Positions 1-13,400 of a DNA stretch of 64,000 nucleotides are shown here, piece by piece. The DNA is from the human T2T-CHM13v2.0 reference genome, Homo sapiens, in the NCBI RefSeq assembly GCF_009914755.1, contig NC_060926.1. One strand, given 5' to 3'. The notes under the pieces are model-generated. The model was not told the origin of the DNA, made no database searches, and saw only the letters and a program-made list of their open reading frames with translations. Each line of letters starts with the position of its first letter. Within the stretch, counting starts at the first letter, position 1. Both the position numbers and the translations under genes were made by a program.

Positions 1-358
1 GTTCTTCCAATTAAAATGTAAGACATATCTCCTTGCCCCTTGGCTTTGGACTGGGCTACATGGCTTATTTGGTCAATGGGATATTAGTAAACATAATGTG
101 AGCAAGGGCTTGAAATTTGCTTGTGCTTTGGGATTTGTACCTCTGCTTTTGACTTGAGAAAAGCTTCCTCAGGGGAGCTTTATTCCTTCATCGTTGGCCC
201 AAGAATGAACACAAATGGAGCAAAGCTACTCTGGCTGCCTTAGAATGAAGTAAAGCCTCCCTACAGTCAACCTTCGAATTGATTAAATAAATTCTTCCTA
301 TACTATTGAGATTTTGTGGTTGTTACCTAGCATTTCTGAAAAACAATGAGTAACATAC
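1..358 (+). mobile_element. MaLR LTR fragment (MLT1F/G/H-like), cut by window start
   Basis: 'ctttggactgggctacatggcttatttggtcaatggga...gggcttgaaa' and 3' end 'taaataaatt...gagattttgtggttgttacctagca...taacataca' resemble MLT1 LTRs; subfamily uncertain. Confidence 0.6.
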
Positions 359-359
359 A

Positions 360-677
360 CTTTCTTTCTGTGCAGCTGCTAAGCCAGAGAAAACGTAAAT
401 TCAAGTTACAGTGTCTGTCTTGTGGAGACAGCTCAGATGACAATAAGGCTAGGTAGAGGTTAGCAGAGTCACGAGATAGAGAGAAAAACAAATCCATTTT
501 GTTTGGCCCACGGACCCAGCTGCCTAAAGCGGTTGAATCTTCCTTTGTAGCTTCCAGTTACAGGGGTAACAAATCCCTTTTAAAATTAGTTATTTATTTA
601 TTTACTTATTTAACTTCCTTGAGGTCAGTTTGAATACAGCTTCTGTCACTTGATACAAGAATAGCCTAGACTAATGT
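360..677 (+). mobile_element. MaLR LTR 3' part (MLT1J/K-like)
   Basis: 'cttccagttacagg...aacaaatccctttt...cagtttgaa...ttctgtcacttg...cctagactaat' matches an old MLT1 3' end. Confidence 0.5.
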
Positions 678-2179
678 GTCGTGTAAACCATCTCTGATGC
701 CTTCCCTGCCTCTAGATTGCACTCTTCGCTGCTACCCACAGAGCCGTTTCTGGCACCTGAATAACTGGCTTTCAGCCAGATACTGTGTTGGAGGGTATAA
801 AAGATTTTCCACTTGAAGTTTTCTCTATGAATTGTCCCATCGGCCCACCCTTCCTCCTGCACAGGCTGCAACAGAGCGGGGCCTACAGAGGACATGGCTT
901 GGTTTCCATCAGCTGTGGCAGGGTTTCGCTGTCATTTGAAAAGACTAACTAGATTTTGACTCTCTTCGGGGTCTTGGAAGGACAGGAAGCTGTGGTTGAA
1001 TGCAGGAGACTTCAGCTTTCTCTTTCTTCCTAGGGGCGGGCAGTATCTAGCCAAATTTGGTGCATGGGGTTGGTAGCTTCATGCTTGAGTTATAGGTTCT
1101 AATCCTAGAAGGTTGATTTATGTCCCAATGATACAAGATTCACGCCAGAAATAGAGACCCCCCACCCCCACCATATGTATACATATGTATTTTTCTGCTG
1201 TTTCCCAGCTCTTGGGGTATTTCAGAAATGTAAGCCGTAAGATACTGTGAATATGTCCTACTCTGTGTGAATAGCATGTGAATGCCTGAAGGGCTCCATT
1301 TTTCTTACCAGTGTGTGAGATCCTAGTTTTGTGTCTTTCTCAGGTTATTCTCTTCTTGCAAGTCTCTTCCCGCTCCCCGCTCTTCCATCACAGGGCTTCT
1401 ATCCTACAACTCGCCAGCAAGAGCAAAAAAACGGCACCTCATGCACACACATTTGCTTGATAAGAAATTGGAGGAGGTTGAATCGCCATGGTGAACAAAG
1501 GCCCCGGGCTCCTGCCAGCATGTGGGGCCAGACCTAGAAATCAAACATGACGTCCCTTCCGTGGCAGCCACTCCACATGCTAATGACAGGTCCAGTGGGC
1601 TTGTGTTCTTTCAATTTTAATTATGAAGCAGAAGTGTAAAAAGATCGTGTGGCAGGGAACGCTGTGGAGCTTGACAAGGTATTTTATCAACATATTATTA
1701 TATTCAGAATTAGGCAAGCCCAGAGGATGGTGCAGGGCTCTGAAACCAGCCGAGGTCTTGGCAGACCCACTGTTTCCTCACCTGTGGGAGTGGCTTCAGG
1801 GACAGAGGCTTAACCACCCTGAACATGAGTCTCCTCAGGCCTGGGAATTCAGGTCAAGAGTGTTGACAGAAGGTGTCATAGTCCCCTGTGGAATCCTTCA
1901 GTGTGGATTTGGTTTTCTTCCTGAACATCCACACTCATGGCCACGTGAGGGATGTGGTCCCATCAAAGTCGTGTTGTGAAGCGACCTGTTAACAAGCTCC
2001 TTGGATGCATTAAGCATTCTACATAAATGTCTCATGTAATGCTCACAATGATGCTGTGAAGTAGACCGATGTAAACACTGCCATGGCCTCCAGGATCCGT
2101 TTTCCCGTTTATCCTCCCAAATGCATAGCAGCCTGCTTTTGTTCAGATGGACAATATCCCAACTAAACAAATTTGATTT

Positions 2180-2455
2180 CTTGGGCTTCCTCAGAGCTTC
2201 GGGAGACCCTGTGCTTCAACTCAGGCCAATGAGTAGTAAGTGTGAATTCCCTGGGGAAGGCTCTCTGGAAAGCTATTGCTTTCAGACAAGAAATGACAGA
2301 TTCAGTTGGCTTGTGCCCTTTACCTGCTACCTACCATCTTCCTTTTTGTCTGTGTGAAAGATCAAGATGCCTGGAAGGACAGCAGTCTCCTCACAGTCAT
2401 GCATGACAGGACAGAAGAGGGATGAAGAGAGAAGGAATCCAGAATCCTGACCAGT
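2180..2455 (+). mobile_element. Old ERVL/MaLR LTR fragment (LTR16/LTR33-like)
   Basis: 'ggccaatgagtagtaagtgtgaatt...ctggaaagctattgctttc...gatgcctggaagg' resembles old ERVL LTR cores; highly diverged. Confidence 0.35.
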
Positions 2456-2461
2456 ACATCC

Positions 2462-2580
2462 GTATCATCATCTCCATTTTACAGATGGGGACACTGAGGC
2501 TCAGAAAGGTGAAGCCGTTTGTATAAAGTCACAAATTCAAACCTCCATATCTCTAAATCCAAATTCCATGCTCTTTCCAT
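2462..2580 (-). mobile_element. MIR SINE fragment
   Basis: MIR core reverse complement 'ccattttacagatggggacactgaggctcagaaaggtgaag'. Confidence 0.8.
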
Positions 2581-2643
2581 AAGTTCTGATTAGAGTATAG
2601 TCTTAAGATCAGAGATGTTAAAGAATATATGTGTGCATTTATT

Positions 2644-2942
<299 letters not shown>

Positions 2943-3091
2943 TGCATTTATTCTTAACTCTAAAACATACTGTTGGTTTTAGGTGGGGCTAAATTCCTGG
3001 GATAGGGAAGCTACTTAACAGGCAGGCATGGATGAGAGGTCAGTGACCATGGAGGGCTCAGAAAATTCTTTCGTGGTAAGATTTGGTCCAC

Positions 3092-3873
3092 AGCCCTGAG
3101 GAGGATGCTCAGTGCCCACTGGCTCTCTCGTCCTGCGACCCTGCAACTACTGCAGAGAAGATGGCCTCAGGAGTGCAAGTTAGTGATGATGTTGCATTTT
3201 TTATGACATGAAAGTTTGGAAATGCTCCACACCAGAAGAAATCAAGAAAAGGAAGAAGGCTGTCATTTTTATTTTTATTTTTTTTTGTTTCAGTGCAGGC
3301 AAAAAGTGCTTCATGGTAGAAGAAGGCACAGAGATCTTGGTGGAGATGTTGGCGTAACCACAACTGGTCCTTTCAAACATTTTGTGGGAATGCTTCCTGA
3401 AAACGATTGCTGCTATGCTTTGTATGATGCACACTTTGAAACTAAGGAATCCAGAAAAGAAGAGTTGATGGGTTTTTGTGGGGTTTTTAAAATTTTTTTT
3501 GTGTGTGTGGGCACCCAACTAGAACCTATGAAAAGTAAACTGAGCTATGCAAGCTCCAAAGATGCAATCTAAAAGGAATTTTAAGGCATAAACATGAATG
3601 GGCCAGAAGATCTCAATCGGGCTTGTATTGCTGAAAAGCTAGGTGGGTCCTTAATTGCAACCTTTGAAGGATGCCCTGTGTAGATCATCATTCAGTGCCA
3701 TACATTGAGAGCTTCCGTGTTTAATGTTATTCTTTCACTATATAAATAAAGCATATATATTTAGGCCAGGGTCTCACTGAGGGGGAGCTGTCTTGTCATT
3801 TTTTAGAGTAAATATTCTAGAAACACATGCAAACAGTCCTAAATAAATCTAAAGTCTAAAGTTAAAAAAAAAA
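3092..3873 (+). pseudogene. DSTN: Processed pseudogene of destrin (ADF/cofilin family)
   Basis: ATG at 3161 (MASGVQV); intronless destrin peptides across frames ([91 protein letters not shown] with TAG at 3681-3683); 3'UTR with AATAAA at 3842-3847 and A-tail at 3864-3873; an early frameshift gives TGA at 3209. Symbol is the parent gene; I cannot tell which DSTNP copy this is. Confidence 0.95.
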
Positions 3874-5249
3874 GATGGGGAATTTCTGGGTATAGCCTTG
3901 TATATACTAACAGCAAGGCGATAGAATTAAATAAAAACTACCATGAAGAAAGAAAGAGGGAATATCACTAAGTGGAAGTTGTATGTAAATTCGAAGGAAG
4001 CAAATGAACTCCTATGGTGTTCTAGTGATAACACACAGGATTTTTACTGTCTTCTCTACCCCTTTCTTCACGCCAGTAAAATAGATTTCAGAAGCACTGT
4101 TACGCCAGAAAGGAAATGAAAGAGATTGCATTTGAGTTTAAGACACTGGATTTTAAAATTTTTGCTATTCAAAAGGTTCTGTGCCCTTTACACCCAAGTA
4201 GGGGTGAAATTACACTGAAAAATCACTTTTTTATTATCTTTAAAATGGGGTTTTTACAAAAGGGTGGCAGGAGGGAATCTTGTCATGGACTTCTTTTTCT
4301 TTAATGAGCTCTGGTTTCTTAATGTATCATGGATCTGCCTTAAAAGCCTCTTTATTCACATGTAGTTTAACTTAGGGAGAATTAAGCAGGTCAAACCCAA
4401 ACACGTTTTTCACTTGTACCAAGAATAAATGATTTTCCCCTGGAAATGCCTGAAGAAGAAAATTATAAAGAGAGATTTGATTCTAAAGTCCAGAACCCTT
4501 GAGCCCTGAACTTCAGGGATATTGTTCTTGCTTTGATCACAGATACAGAAAAGAAGAAACAAAACCTCATATGTTCTTATCTGTTTCTTGCCTTTAGAAG
4601 GGAAAGACCACACTGGGTTTCTCCCAAGAAGTGAGAAAAGATATGCATAATTTAAAGGTAATTTCTGGAGGGATATATGGTTTAGGACCAACTTTCCCCC
4701 AGTCAGCTGACTTAGGACTGCATTGTCCCCAATCAGATGGCTTAGTACCATCCCTTCTAAATCATCAAAACTGCCCACAGATGTCTGGGAGTATCCAGCA
4801 GATATTTATCTAATTACTACAGTGTAGTGAGAATAAATTCGATGCTAAAGGAAGGGAGAGATAATGGAAGATGTGGCGTCGTATGTCAGGACTTCTAAGC
4901 CAATCTGACAGCCATGGTTATGCCAAGGGCATGTGCGGTCCAGAGCAGGCCACTGCATGCACTCCCTTCTCCATGCTGCAGGATGTTTATTCAGGTGAAT
5001 CCAGGTAAAAAATGAATACACCCTTAAATGGTGAAATCGTAAGCAATGGCTGTAAGCAGAAGTGGTTCAGGGCCAAAGAAGCTGTTTGAGGTAAAGGCAC
5101 CTCCCAAAGACAAGGGACAGGAACAGGAAGGCAATTGATGCTCAGAAGATAATGCCATTTCCATTCATACTGGCTGGGAGAGCTGGATGAGGTGTGCAAA
5201 GGAAAGAAGGCATGGCTAAGGCTGACACATGCTCATTTGTACAGATATT

Positions 5250-5500
5250 TTAATAATAATAGCAAACAGTGAGCCTTTACTTGTGCTAGGCAGTGTGCTA
5301 AGAACCTTTACATGGAGAGCCTCATTTTATTTTCACAAACAAACTCTATGGAATTCTTTCTAGATCCTTTAATAGAGAGGAAGATGAGGCTTAGAAAAGT
5401 TAAGTAACTTGGGCATTACCTTGGCTTCACTATGGTAGTTAGGGTAGTTAAACCATGATTCAAACGTGAGCAGCCAGATCCTCGACTTGACCTCTTAACC
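5250..5500 (-). mobile_element. MIR SINE
   Basis: 'aataatagcaaac...gtgctaggcagtgtgctaag...gaggcttagaaaagttaagtaacttg' is MIR in antisense. Confidence 0.75.
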
Positions 5501-6120
5501 CTCACTAAAGTCATGATTTTTACTTTGTGCTAGTCAATACCTTGAGCCCTGGGAATACCAACGTGATTGAGACATTTGCCTGTGTCTTGGAGCTGATTAT
5601 ATTTTAACTTATAGATTTGTAACATTAAATAGTTCTGCCATGATAATTATCTTTCTTTTGAGGACTACACATATAATCTACCTGATACATTTGGATTCTT
5701 TCTAGTCACTTTTCACTAATTACCAGATTTATTCCCTGCCTGACTTAGCATCTTGTCCCAAATCAGATAGGGAGGAGAGGGGAAGAAATGGAGGTTAGAA
5801 GCCTCAATTCACCTCACCATATGGACACGTACAGAGAATCAGAAGCGAACAGAACTTCTAGAATAAAAGCAAAGCCCATGTGTTATAGATAGGAGGCTGG
5901 AGGAAGGGGAGATTAATTCTAAATGGGGGAGATGGGGAAAGCATCCTAGGAACAGTGACATTGGGCTGGGTATTGAAGCCTGGTACTGTCACCTGAGCAC
6001 CTGTTTATCCAGCCACCTAGACCCTGAAGCAGATTCATTTAAACTTTGTGGCCTGGAGATGGTACTGCTTGCCACATAGACTTACCCCACCAAAACTGCC
6101 CAAACTTCCTTCATGTCCTG

Positions 6121-6256
6121 GGAGGAAAGGAAGAAAAAGAGGAAGGAAGGAAAGAAGGAAGTTAGGAGGGAAGGAAGGAAAGAAGGAAGGAAGAAGAGGG
6201 GGAAAGGAGAGAGGGAGAGAGGGCAAAGGAGGGCAAAAGGATGGAGGGAGGGAGAT
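6121..6256. repeat. Polypurine (GGAA/GGGA)-rich low-complexity tract
   Basis: Almost purely purine on the + strand. Confidence 0.9.
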
Positions 6257-6680
6257 GGCATATAATGAGAAGAACAAAGGACAAGTAGAGAAAGAGCCTA
6301 GTTATTTCTTGAGCTCTCTCAGTACTTAAGGGCTCTCTCTGCCTCCAAATCCTAAATTTTGGAGCCACCTTAAAGAATCCCCTTGACACTGATTGTCTCA
6401 TTAGTCAGTCTCAACCTTGGCTTCAAGGAAATCTTGATCATTTTCAGGAGACATTGTCCAGGCATGCATTATTTTTGTAAATTCCCAGGTGATCTAATGT
6501 CCAGCCAACATCAAAGACCTTTGCAATGGACCGCACAGGGCAGACAATCCCCTCTTGTGATTGTACTTCTGCGACTCTGCCAGGCTTTTGGCCTCACTTG
6601 GATGCTGTGTGGCAGGTGAGCCTTGTCCATGTTCAGATCATCCTCAATGCTGAATTGGAAACTGCCTTGCTCTCTGTTAA

Positions 6681-7047
<367 letters not shown>

Positions 7048-8484
7048 GAGGCCCAGTTCTCACAATCTGGTTCCGCTTAGTTAGTCTTAAGCAGGAGTGG
7101 GGAATAAAATTTCCAGTTAATAGCAACCTCAGGGTTTTACTTCTTGTTGAACTCCCCTGGAAAGCACCAAAGAACCAGTAGAAAAGACATGACACTGTTT
7201 GAAGAGGGTCATTTGGTCCTAATGAAGAAGATAAACAAAGTGGGTTAGTTGTTTCCTGCTTAGAGAAAGGTCACTGGGGTGACCCTGTGAACGGGTCTTG
7301 TGAATTGATATTTTTAAAACCTCCATCTTATCTTCCTTATCAATCACTTTTCACAATAAACAATACAATTTTATGTAGCACATGTTATTTCCTCTTTTCA
7401 AATGGCTCTCAGTAACCCTATTTGGCTAAACAAATAAATAAAAAGTCTTTGGGAGGGCATGTTGATGTAAATTACCACCAACTAATGAGGCCAGCTGGGA
7501 TCATTCTGACCAGGAATCTTTAGACCTTCTACAGTGCATTTACTTTTCTTCAATCCTCCACCAAACACTGTGCCAATGGTCTTCAGGCTTTAGCTTATTG
7601 ACTAAAGTTGTCATAAAGGTGCCAACTTGAGCCCTATCATGGTTGTTATGTGGCTGTTGACAGTCACTGAATTAAAGACCCCTAGACCTGCTGCTCACCC
7701 AGCCAACACTAGATGTGTAACAGATGCCCAGCATGCTTAGGAGCTACCTTGAATGGATTCATTTCTATCACCACATCCTCCGTGTGACACTCTGACCTTG
7801 TTCAAGGAACACCTGTAGCTATTTCTCAAGGCATTCAGCAAGAACATGAAATGGTCTCAAGTTCAAAGGTATCCCATAGTTTTTGTTCTTTTATTTAAAG
7901 CTTCTTGATGTCTTAGTCCTATTCACTGTGTGATTTTTTATAATAATTACATACTAAGTCAATGGCCAAATATAAAATGCAGGAGAAAAATCATGGAGCT
8001 ATATAAAGCCCGTGACTTAGTGGACTCATTTTGTATTATAGTAAAGATGTCAGGAACATGGGAAATGTTAACTAACTAATGGTGTTCTGGAATCTTCCAA
8101 CCCAAAAGATTCTCCAGCGAGTCATTTTCAAAGAGCTCTTGAAATAGTTTTAGAGACTTTCGCAGGCTAAAGAAGTGGGTACACTGGATAGGAATAAAGA
8201 TATTCGAGAAGGCTTTTGCCAAATACCCTGTTGTTATTCAGGAGGCATTTTGGCATTTAATTTACTAATTAATTACCCGTCCAATTCCTTGAGAATGTCA
8301 GATTTCTGAGTGCCAGTGCGAGGACATCATCAGCACTCGGAAGGGGAGTGAGTGCTGGCCTAATGAGGTTTGGTGCTTTCCTCCCTTTACCAGAATCCCC
8401 CACCCCAAGAACAAAGGGCCTCTTCTCTCCAGCCCAATATCTCAACAGAAACTTTGAGTTATGTGGGAGAAGGCAGAGAGACGA

Positions 8485-8830
8485 TTAAAGGCCTGGAAAA
8501 TGACACCTATGAGAAATAGTGAAAGGAGTGGGGATTACTGAACCTGTGGAAGAGAAGGCGGAGGAATGACTTAACAGTCTTTCCCTACTCTTTGAAAAGC
8601 TCTCACGTCGAGGAACGCAGCCAGCTGTTCAGCATCTCCGCGAAGACCAACTGGGAGGAAGCCGATTCAAGCTGCAGCATTAGGGATTTAGAACACAAGA
8701 AAGAATTTCCTAGCTTTGAGAAATGTTAAACATCAGGAAAAGTTACCCATAGGGGTTGAAGAATCTCCTTCTCTTGGGGTATTTAAAAATAGATGTTCTT
8801 AGCTGTCTCGAATGATTTAAAGGTCCTACC
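8485..8830 (+). mobile_element. L3/CR1 LINE, 3' end of ORF2 and 3' tail
   Basis: From 8490 translates GLENDTYEK**KEWGLLNLWKRRRRNDLTVF, matching the CR1 ORF2 C-terminal motif (GLE..SYEERL.ELGLFSLEKRRLRGDL); followed by CR1-like 'gaatctccttctcttggggtatttaaaaatag'. Confidence 0.8.
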
Positions 8831-9069
8831 TAACACTTGGGGGAGGGGGTGGAGGAGATACAACCAGATAATCTCATTCTGAGTATCTTTTGGTTTTAAG
8901 AACTAAGAAGGTATTTAAAAAAAAATTTCAAGACATTTAAATTAGACTTACACACAACTGTATGAAGAAGCATTAAAAAAGGAGGAAACACCAGGATTAA
9001 CGGCAAAACAAATCTCAATTATAATTCCATCTTTTTAAGCTATTTGTTCTTGAGAAGATAAAGACCTCC

Positions 9070-9200
9070 ACCTCAGTTTCCTCACCCATAAATTGGAGCC
9101 CAAACTACCTGTATTACTGACCTCAGTTGCTATGAATATCAAAGAAAACATGAAAATACTTTCAACAGTGCAAACAATTATATAAGTGGAAAACATCATT
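9070..9200 (+). mobile_element. MIR fragment
   Basis: 'cctcagtttcctcacccataaattgg' MIR core. Confidence 0.55.
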
Positions 9201-10379
9201 ATGGGGAGGTATTTTTTTTACATAAACCCCTCAATATTTCTCTGTTTATTTCATTTCTGTAGGAGCTAAGAGTCAGGCCTGACAAAGTACAGCTACGCTC
9301 TCCGTATCTCTAACACACTGTCAAGAATGAAGTGGAGAGGATTTTACTTTGAAATCTGGCCTTGGAATATTTCCTGATCGTCTGACAAACCCAAGGACTT
9401 CCAACTAGAATTTCAAACTTGGGCACACATCAGAGCTCCCAATCGAGCATTTGGCGCAGTGGGATCCAGGTGAACAAGCTATGATCCTGTTCCAACCCTT
9501 CTCAGATAATTTTCATAAGAAAAGGAGTTGGAGGGGATTCATATGGCTTCAAAAAGCAGTCAGGGAAAGTTGCAAAGAGACCCTGACACAAGTTCTGAGG
9601 AATGAGTCCTTACAACATGCTGTAGGAAACTCAGCCTCCTCCTCTCTCTTCCTGCAAGGTCTCTTTAATTTGGTGAGTGTCTGTTTGGAAAAGTGTTGAT
9701 TAAGAAACCACATCACTACTCCAGAGCCAGTTCCCAAGGGGCCTGGGTTTCACACAGAGGGGAAGCCATTGTCCTGCCACTGTGTGTGTTCCCGCCACCC
9801 TCCAAGTTTCCCTGTCATTTTCTTTTTTCAAAACTGCCTCCCATGGTGAGACAACTTCCTGGAGTCCTGGAGTTGGTCATTTCCAAGGTATTGGTGTTGT
9901 TTTACTAGAGAAACTGCATTGGGATTCTACTCCAGAAAAAATCCAGTTGTGGCTATAGTCAGGCTTTCCCTCTTGCTAATGTAAAAGTGGATTTATCCCA
10001 AAAATACTAGGCAAAGAAAAGAAGGAGAAAAGAATTTCTTGATGGAAGGAGTGAGTGAATAGCTAGAGAATCAAGATAGGAATTACCATGAAAGCTTCAA
10101 ACTCAGGGAAAGCCTGCTCCCGAAAAGGCAGAGGAAAGAATAACAGGATGGCCTTTATTCTGCAGTGATCTCTACATAAACCTCTGGAGTTCAACATACC
10201 AGCAATCCCGGCAGCAAAAGCAGTCCAAGAGAGGCAGAGGACCCCCAGATTCACCCAACTGCCTCACAGTTGGAACCTGCGTTTGCAGCAAACAACAAAA
10301 TCTCAAAAGGGAATACCACTGAGCATTTTCATTTTTATTTTCAGAATAGTTCAACTTTTTCTAGGGCCTGACTCTTGAA

Positions 10380-10382
<3 letters not shown>

Positions 10383-10435
<53 letters not shown>

Positions 10436-10439
10436 TTTT
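10383..10439. repeat. Compound (AT)n + poly-T microsatellite
   Basis: Direct reading. Confidence 0.95.
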
Positions 10440-13400
10440 CTCTTCCTGCTGGTCCTCTGGAAATTTCGCAGGTGAGAGAAGGAAAACAAGAGTGATAACA
10501 AATGCTGCTTCGGGGGTGAAGTCACATTCCAGGTGAATTCCTGTTACTTAGTTCATTCCCATTTTGTCTTTTTTCCTAAGGGGAGAGGAGTGTTTTTATG
10601 GAACGTTTTTTAGCCCACTCTACATGCTATGGGGTATTTCTTGCCATAGTGAAGCTCACACCACATCAAATGTGCAGGGGGCCACTGAACCATGATTTCT
10701 TGAGTCATGCAGTTTTAGCCTTCAAACAAATACCTGTAGGGAAAAATGGGAGGGTCCCCCCAATATAGTTAACTACCATAGCAGGTTGTTGGAAGGAAGT
10801 TGCATTGATGAAACAATTAGACAGTGATTAATATGCACCATAACTCATGGCGATATTCCTGTTTCAGCATTCGCGCCTTCACAGAATGATGTCCAATTAC
10901 TCACTATTGATCAGCAATTGCATTGCACAGAATAGAATGGCAGCATCAATCCATTTTGTCCTATTGAGTTTCAGCCAATAACAATTGATATTTGGCACAT
11001 GTTTCCCAGAGACATTTGTCTGCCATCAGGGAGTTGATTAACAGGTTGGCAGTTTGTATGTTTGTGAAAAAGGGAGGAAAAGTGTAAATCCTGCTTATGA
11101 ATTTGTTCTCATACCTGATGTGGAGAATAAGGCAGTCGTTACAATCAGCTGTTTGCCCTGCCAACCTGTTCACATTCAAGACTGTTCGGCCCTTATTTTT
11201 TATTGATAATCATGTGAATAATTAAAGTCCAACTACATGAAACCCACATAAATCATCTTCAGTAGGCACGTAATGGACCTGGGCTCACCCATTGCTCACA
11301 GCATAAATTAAGGCCAAAATATTCACAGTGTAAACTAGGCATGTCATTGCCTCCCGCAGAATTCACAGTAACCTGCTTGTCACTCAAAACCTGTCACCTT
11401 CAAGGGAGTCAGTATGCAAAGGACTCTTCTCTCTCTAACTATCACAGGGACCACTGGCTACCTTTTGCCTTTCATTTGCCTCAACCATCGATGTTACATA
11501 AGCAGATGACATGCTATTTGTTTTGAAAATTCCACTTGCTTCATTTGGCCATTCCTGCTGCAACCCTCGCATTTGTTCTGTGCTTACTTTCAAAACGTCC
11601 AAGCCGCACCGTCCAGAGCTATTAACCTCTCCCAAGAATGTCATCAATCATGCTTGGCACGTGGGCTTTGCTAGACAAATCTAACAACATCTGCCATGCA
11701 TTCTGCAACTTCCTTTTGATTCCTCACACTTTATTTTCACTTTCATCTCTGTGTGCTGGTGAGATTTATGTCTGATCCCTTTCAGATGCCAAGGAGTTGG
11801 TAACGTGCCATTCCTCCAAAGGGCAGTGTGCCGTGCGAGAAACTGGGACGACCGCTAGTTTGGGTCTGGCAGGCATCCCGGTTGCCAACATCCAATGGCC
11901 ACTGAAGCGTTTTGCCAGGAAACCTCCTGGATTCAGTGGCCACTGCACCTGAGAAACCACTCATACGTGTACACATGAACAGCTGGCACATTAAAGGCAT
12001 GCCTGGAAAAAATCATTTTATTTAGAAAACAGGCTATACACATCTTCTGCCTAGACCTAGGCATCATCCAAGAGCACAGTGTTAGCCTAAACCCTGCTCT
12101 TTGTTCATCTGAACCTCCCCTTCTCCCCTCCCAATGGGAAACCCCACTTTTTTTGTGTATGTGTGTTCTCACAACACTCTCAAGACCAGCCCTGGCATCA
12201 CAGGATCACACCTGCTGCCTTGATGGTGGCGTTCAAACATCTCAGATGACACCAAGTCATTTACTCTGACTGACGTGTTCAGGAGCTCAAAGACCAATAG
12301 CTGTGGCTCCTCCTGGGGTTGTTAATGATTCCCCATCTATTTCCTTACAGGCAGACATTTCCTCTGGCCAATGTTCTTAGGACTTTTGGATCGACAATCT
12401 TAAGAGAAAAATCTAAGGTCCTGGAATATTCATCAGGCCTATTATTCTATTAGTCACCTTGTGAAAACTTAAACTTGTCCACAGCCTTTTGTGGCGGAAG
12501 GTAAAGAGTATGCAGGAGAGATAGATGGACTGTTAAATAAGAAATATCCGCTTTCATGAAAATGTCATTAGTAATGAAGAATGCATTTAGGGTTCTCTAC
12601 AAGGCATCCAGGGCTATTTAAATGATCAAGGAAAATGAGCACTCATACCGCAAAGAGGTTTTTTTTTTTTTAATATATTCTGTAACTTCACTCTTGGCTT
12701 ACAAAGCCTAGTATTTATCTCTTTCAATGAGCATCATAAATTGTGAATCTTTACAAAAGAAAAAAATACATGTTTATATAGTTTACAAGCCTACACATCT
12801 TCACTGAATAAAAGTTACTTTTTATGATAAGGCTGTAAAGTAAGGAATAATATTTTAAGGTCCTCCTCATCTTAAAGAATTCTTGAATTGCCGGTGTCTG
12901 GGTGAAGAGAAAAATGAGAGCGCTGATTCAGGCAACACTGATGCAAGTGTATCCTAATTCTAAAGAGCTCTCAAATATTTAATAATCAAAAAAAGTTCCA
13001 TAATAGGCTTAAGTGAAGTAGGTAGTGAGACACGCATCATATGATGCCTATGATAGAGACCCGTAATTGAGGTGGTGAGAAAGAACAGCCACTGCCCTTA
13101 AATACATTGATATTACATTTTTTCCACTTGGATGCCCTCCCCCCACACACTAATCCATGGATCTGAGGGGGAATAATCCACTGACATCCAATTTCCTGGG
13201 AGAATTCTTTTTTTTCCCTTCCTGAATGAGGCAATTTGTTCGTGAAGTAGTGTAGGTATTAACTCTTTCTCAGCTAAATGATCCTCACAAAAGAAAGATT
13301 AATTCTGGCATTGGAGATTAAGGTCACTAATTCAAAAAAACTAGTCAGAGGCCCTCAATTTCTAGCCACATCCCCTCTTGTCTAGAAAAATAATAAGAGA

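Noticed and set aside
1172-1187. Perfect 16-bp palindrome catatgtatacatatg
   Set aside because: Low-complexity alternating purine/pyrimidine sequence, expected from slippage.
3216-3572. 118-aa ORF with destrin-like C-terminal half as a functional gene
   Set aside because: Chimera of out-of-frame and in-frame pseudogene sequence; the true ATG frame stops at 3209 and there are several indels.
6035-6401. Lys/Gly/Arg- and Pro/Ser-rich ORFs
   Set aside because: Translations of a GGAA-type simple repeat.
7200-8240. Possible further CR1/L3 ORF2 remnants upstream of the clear L3 tail
   Set aside because: Only short, weak resemblances; boundaries cannot be supported by eye.
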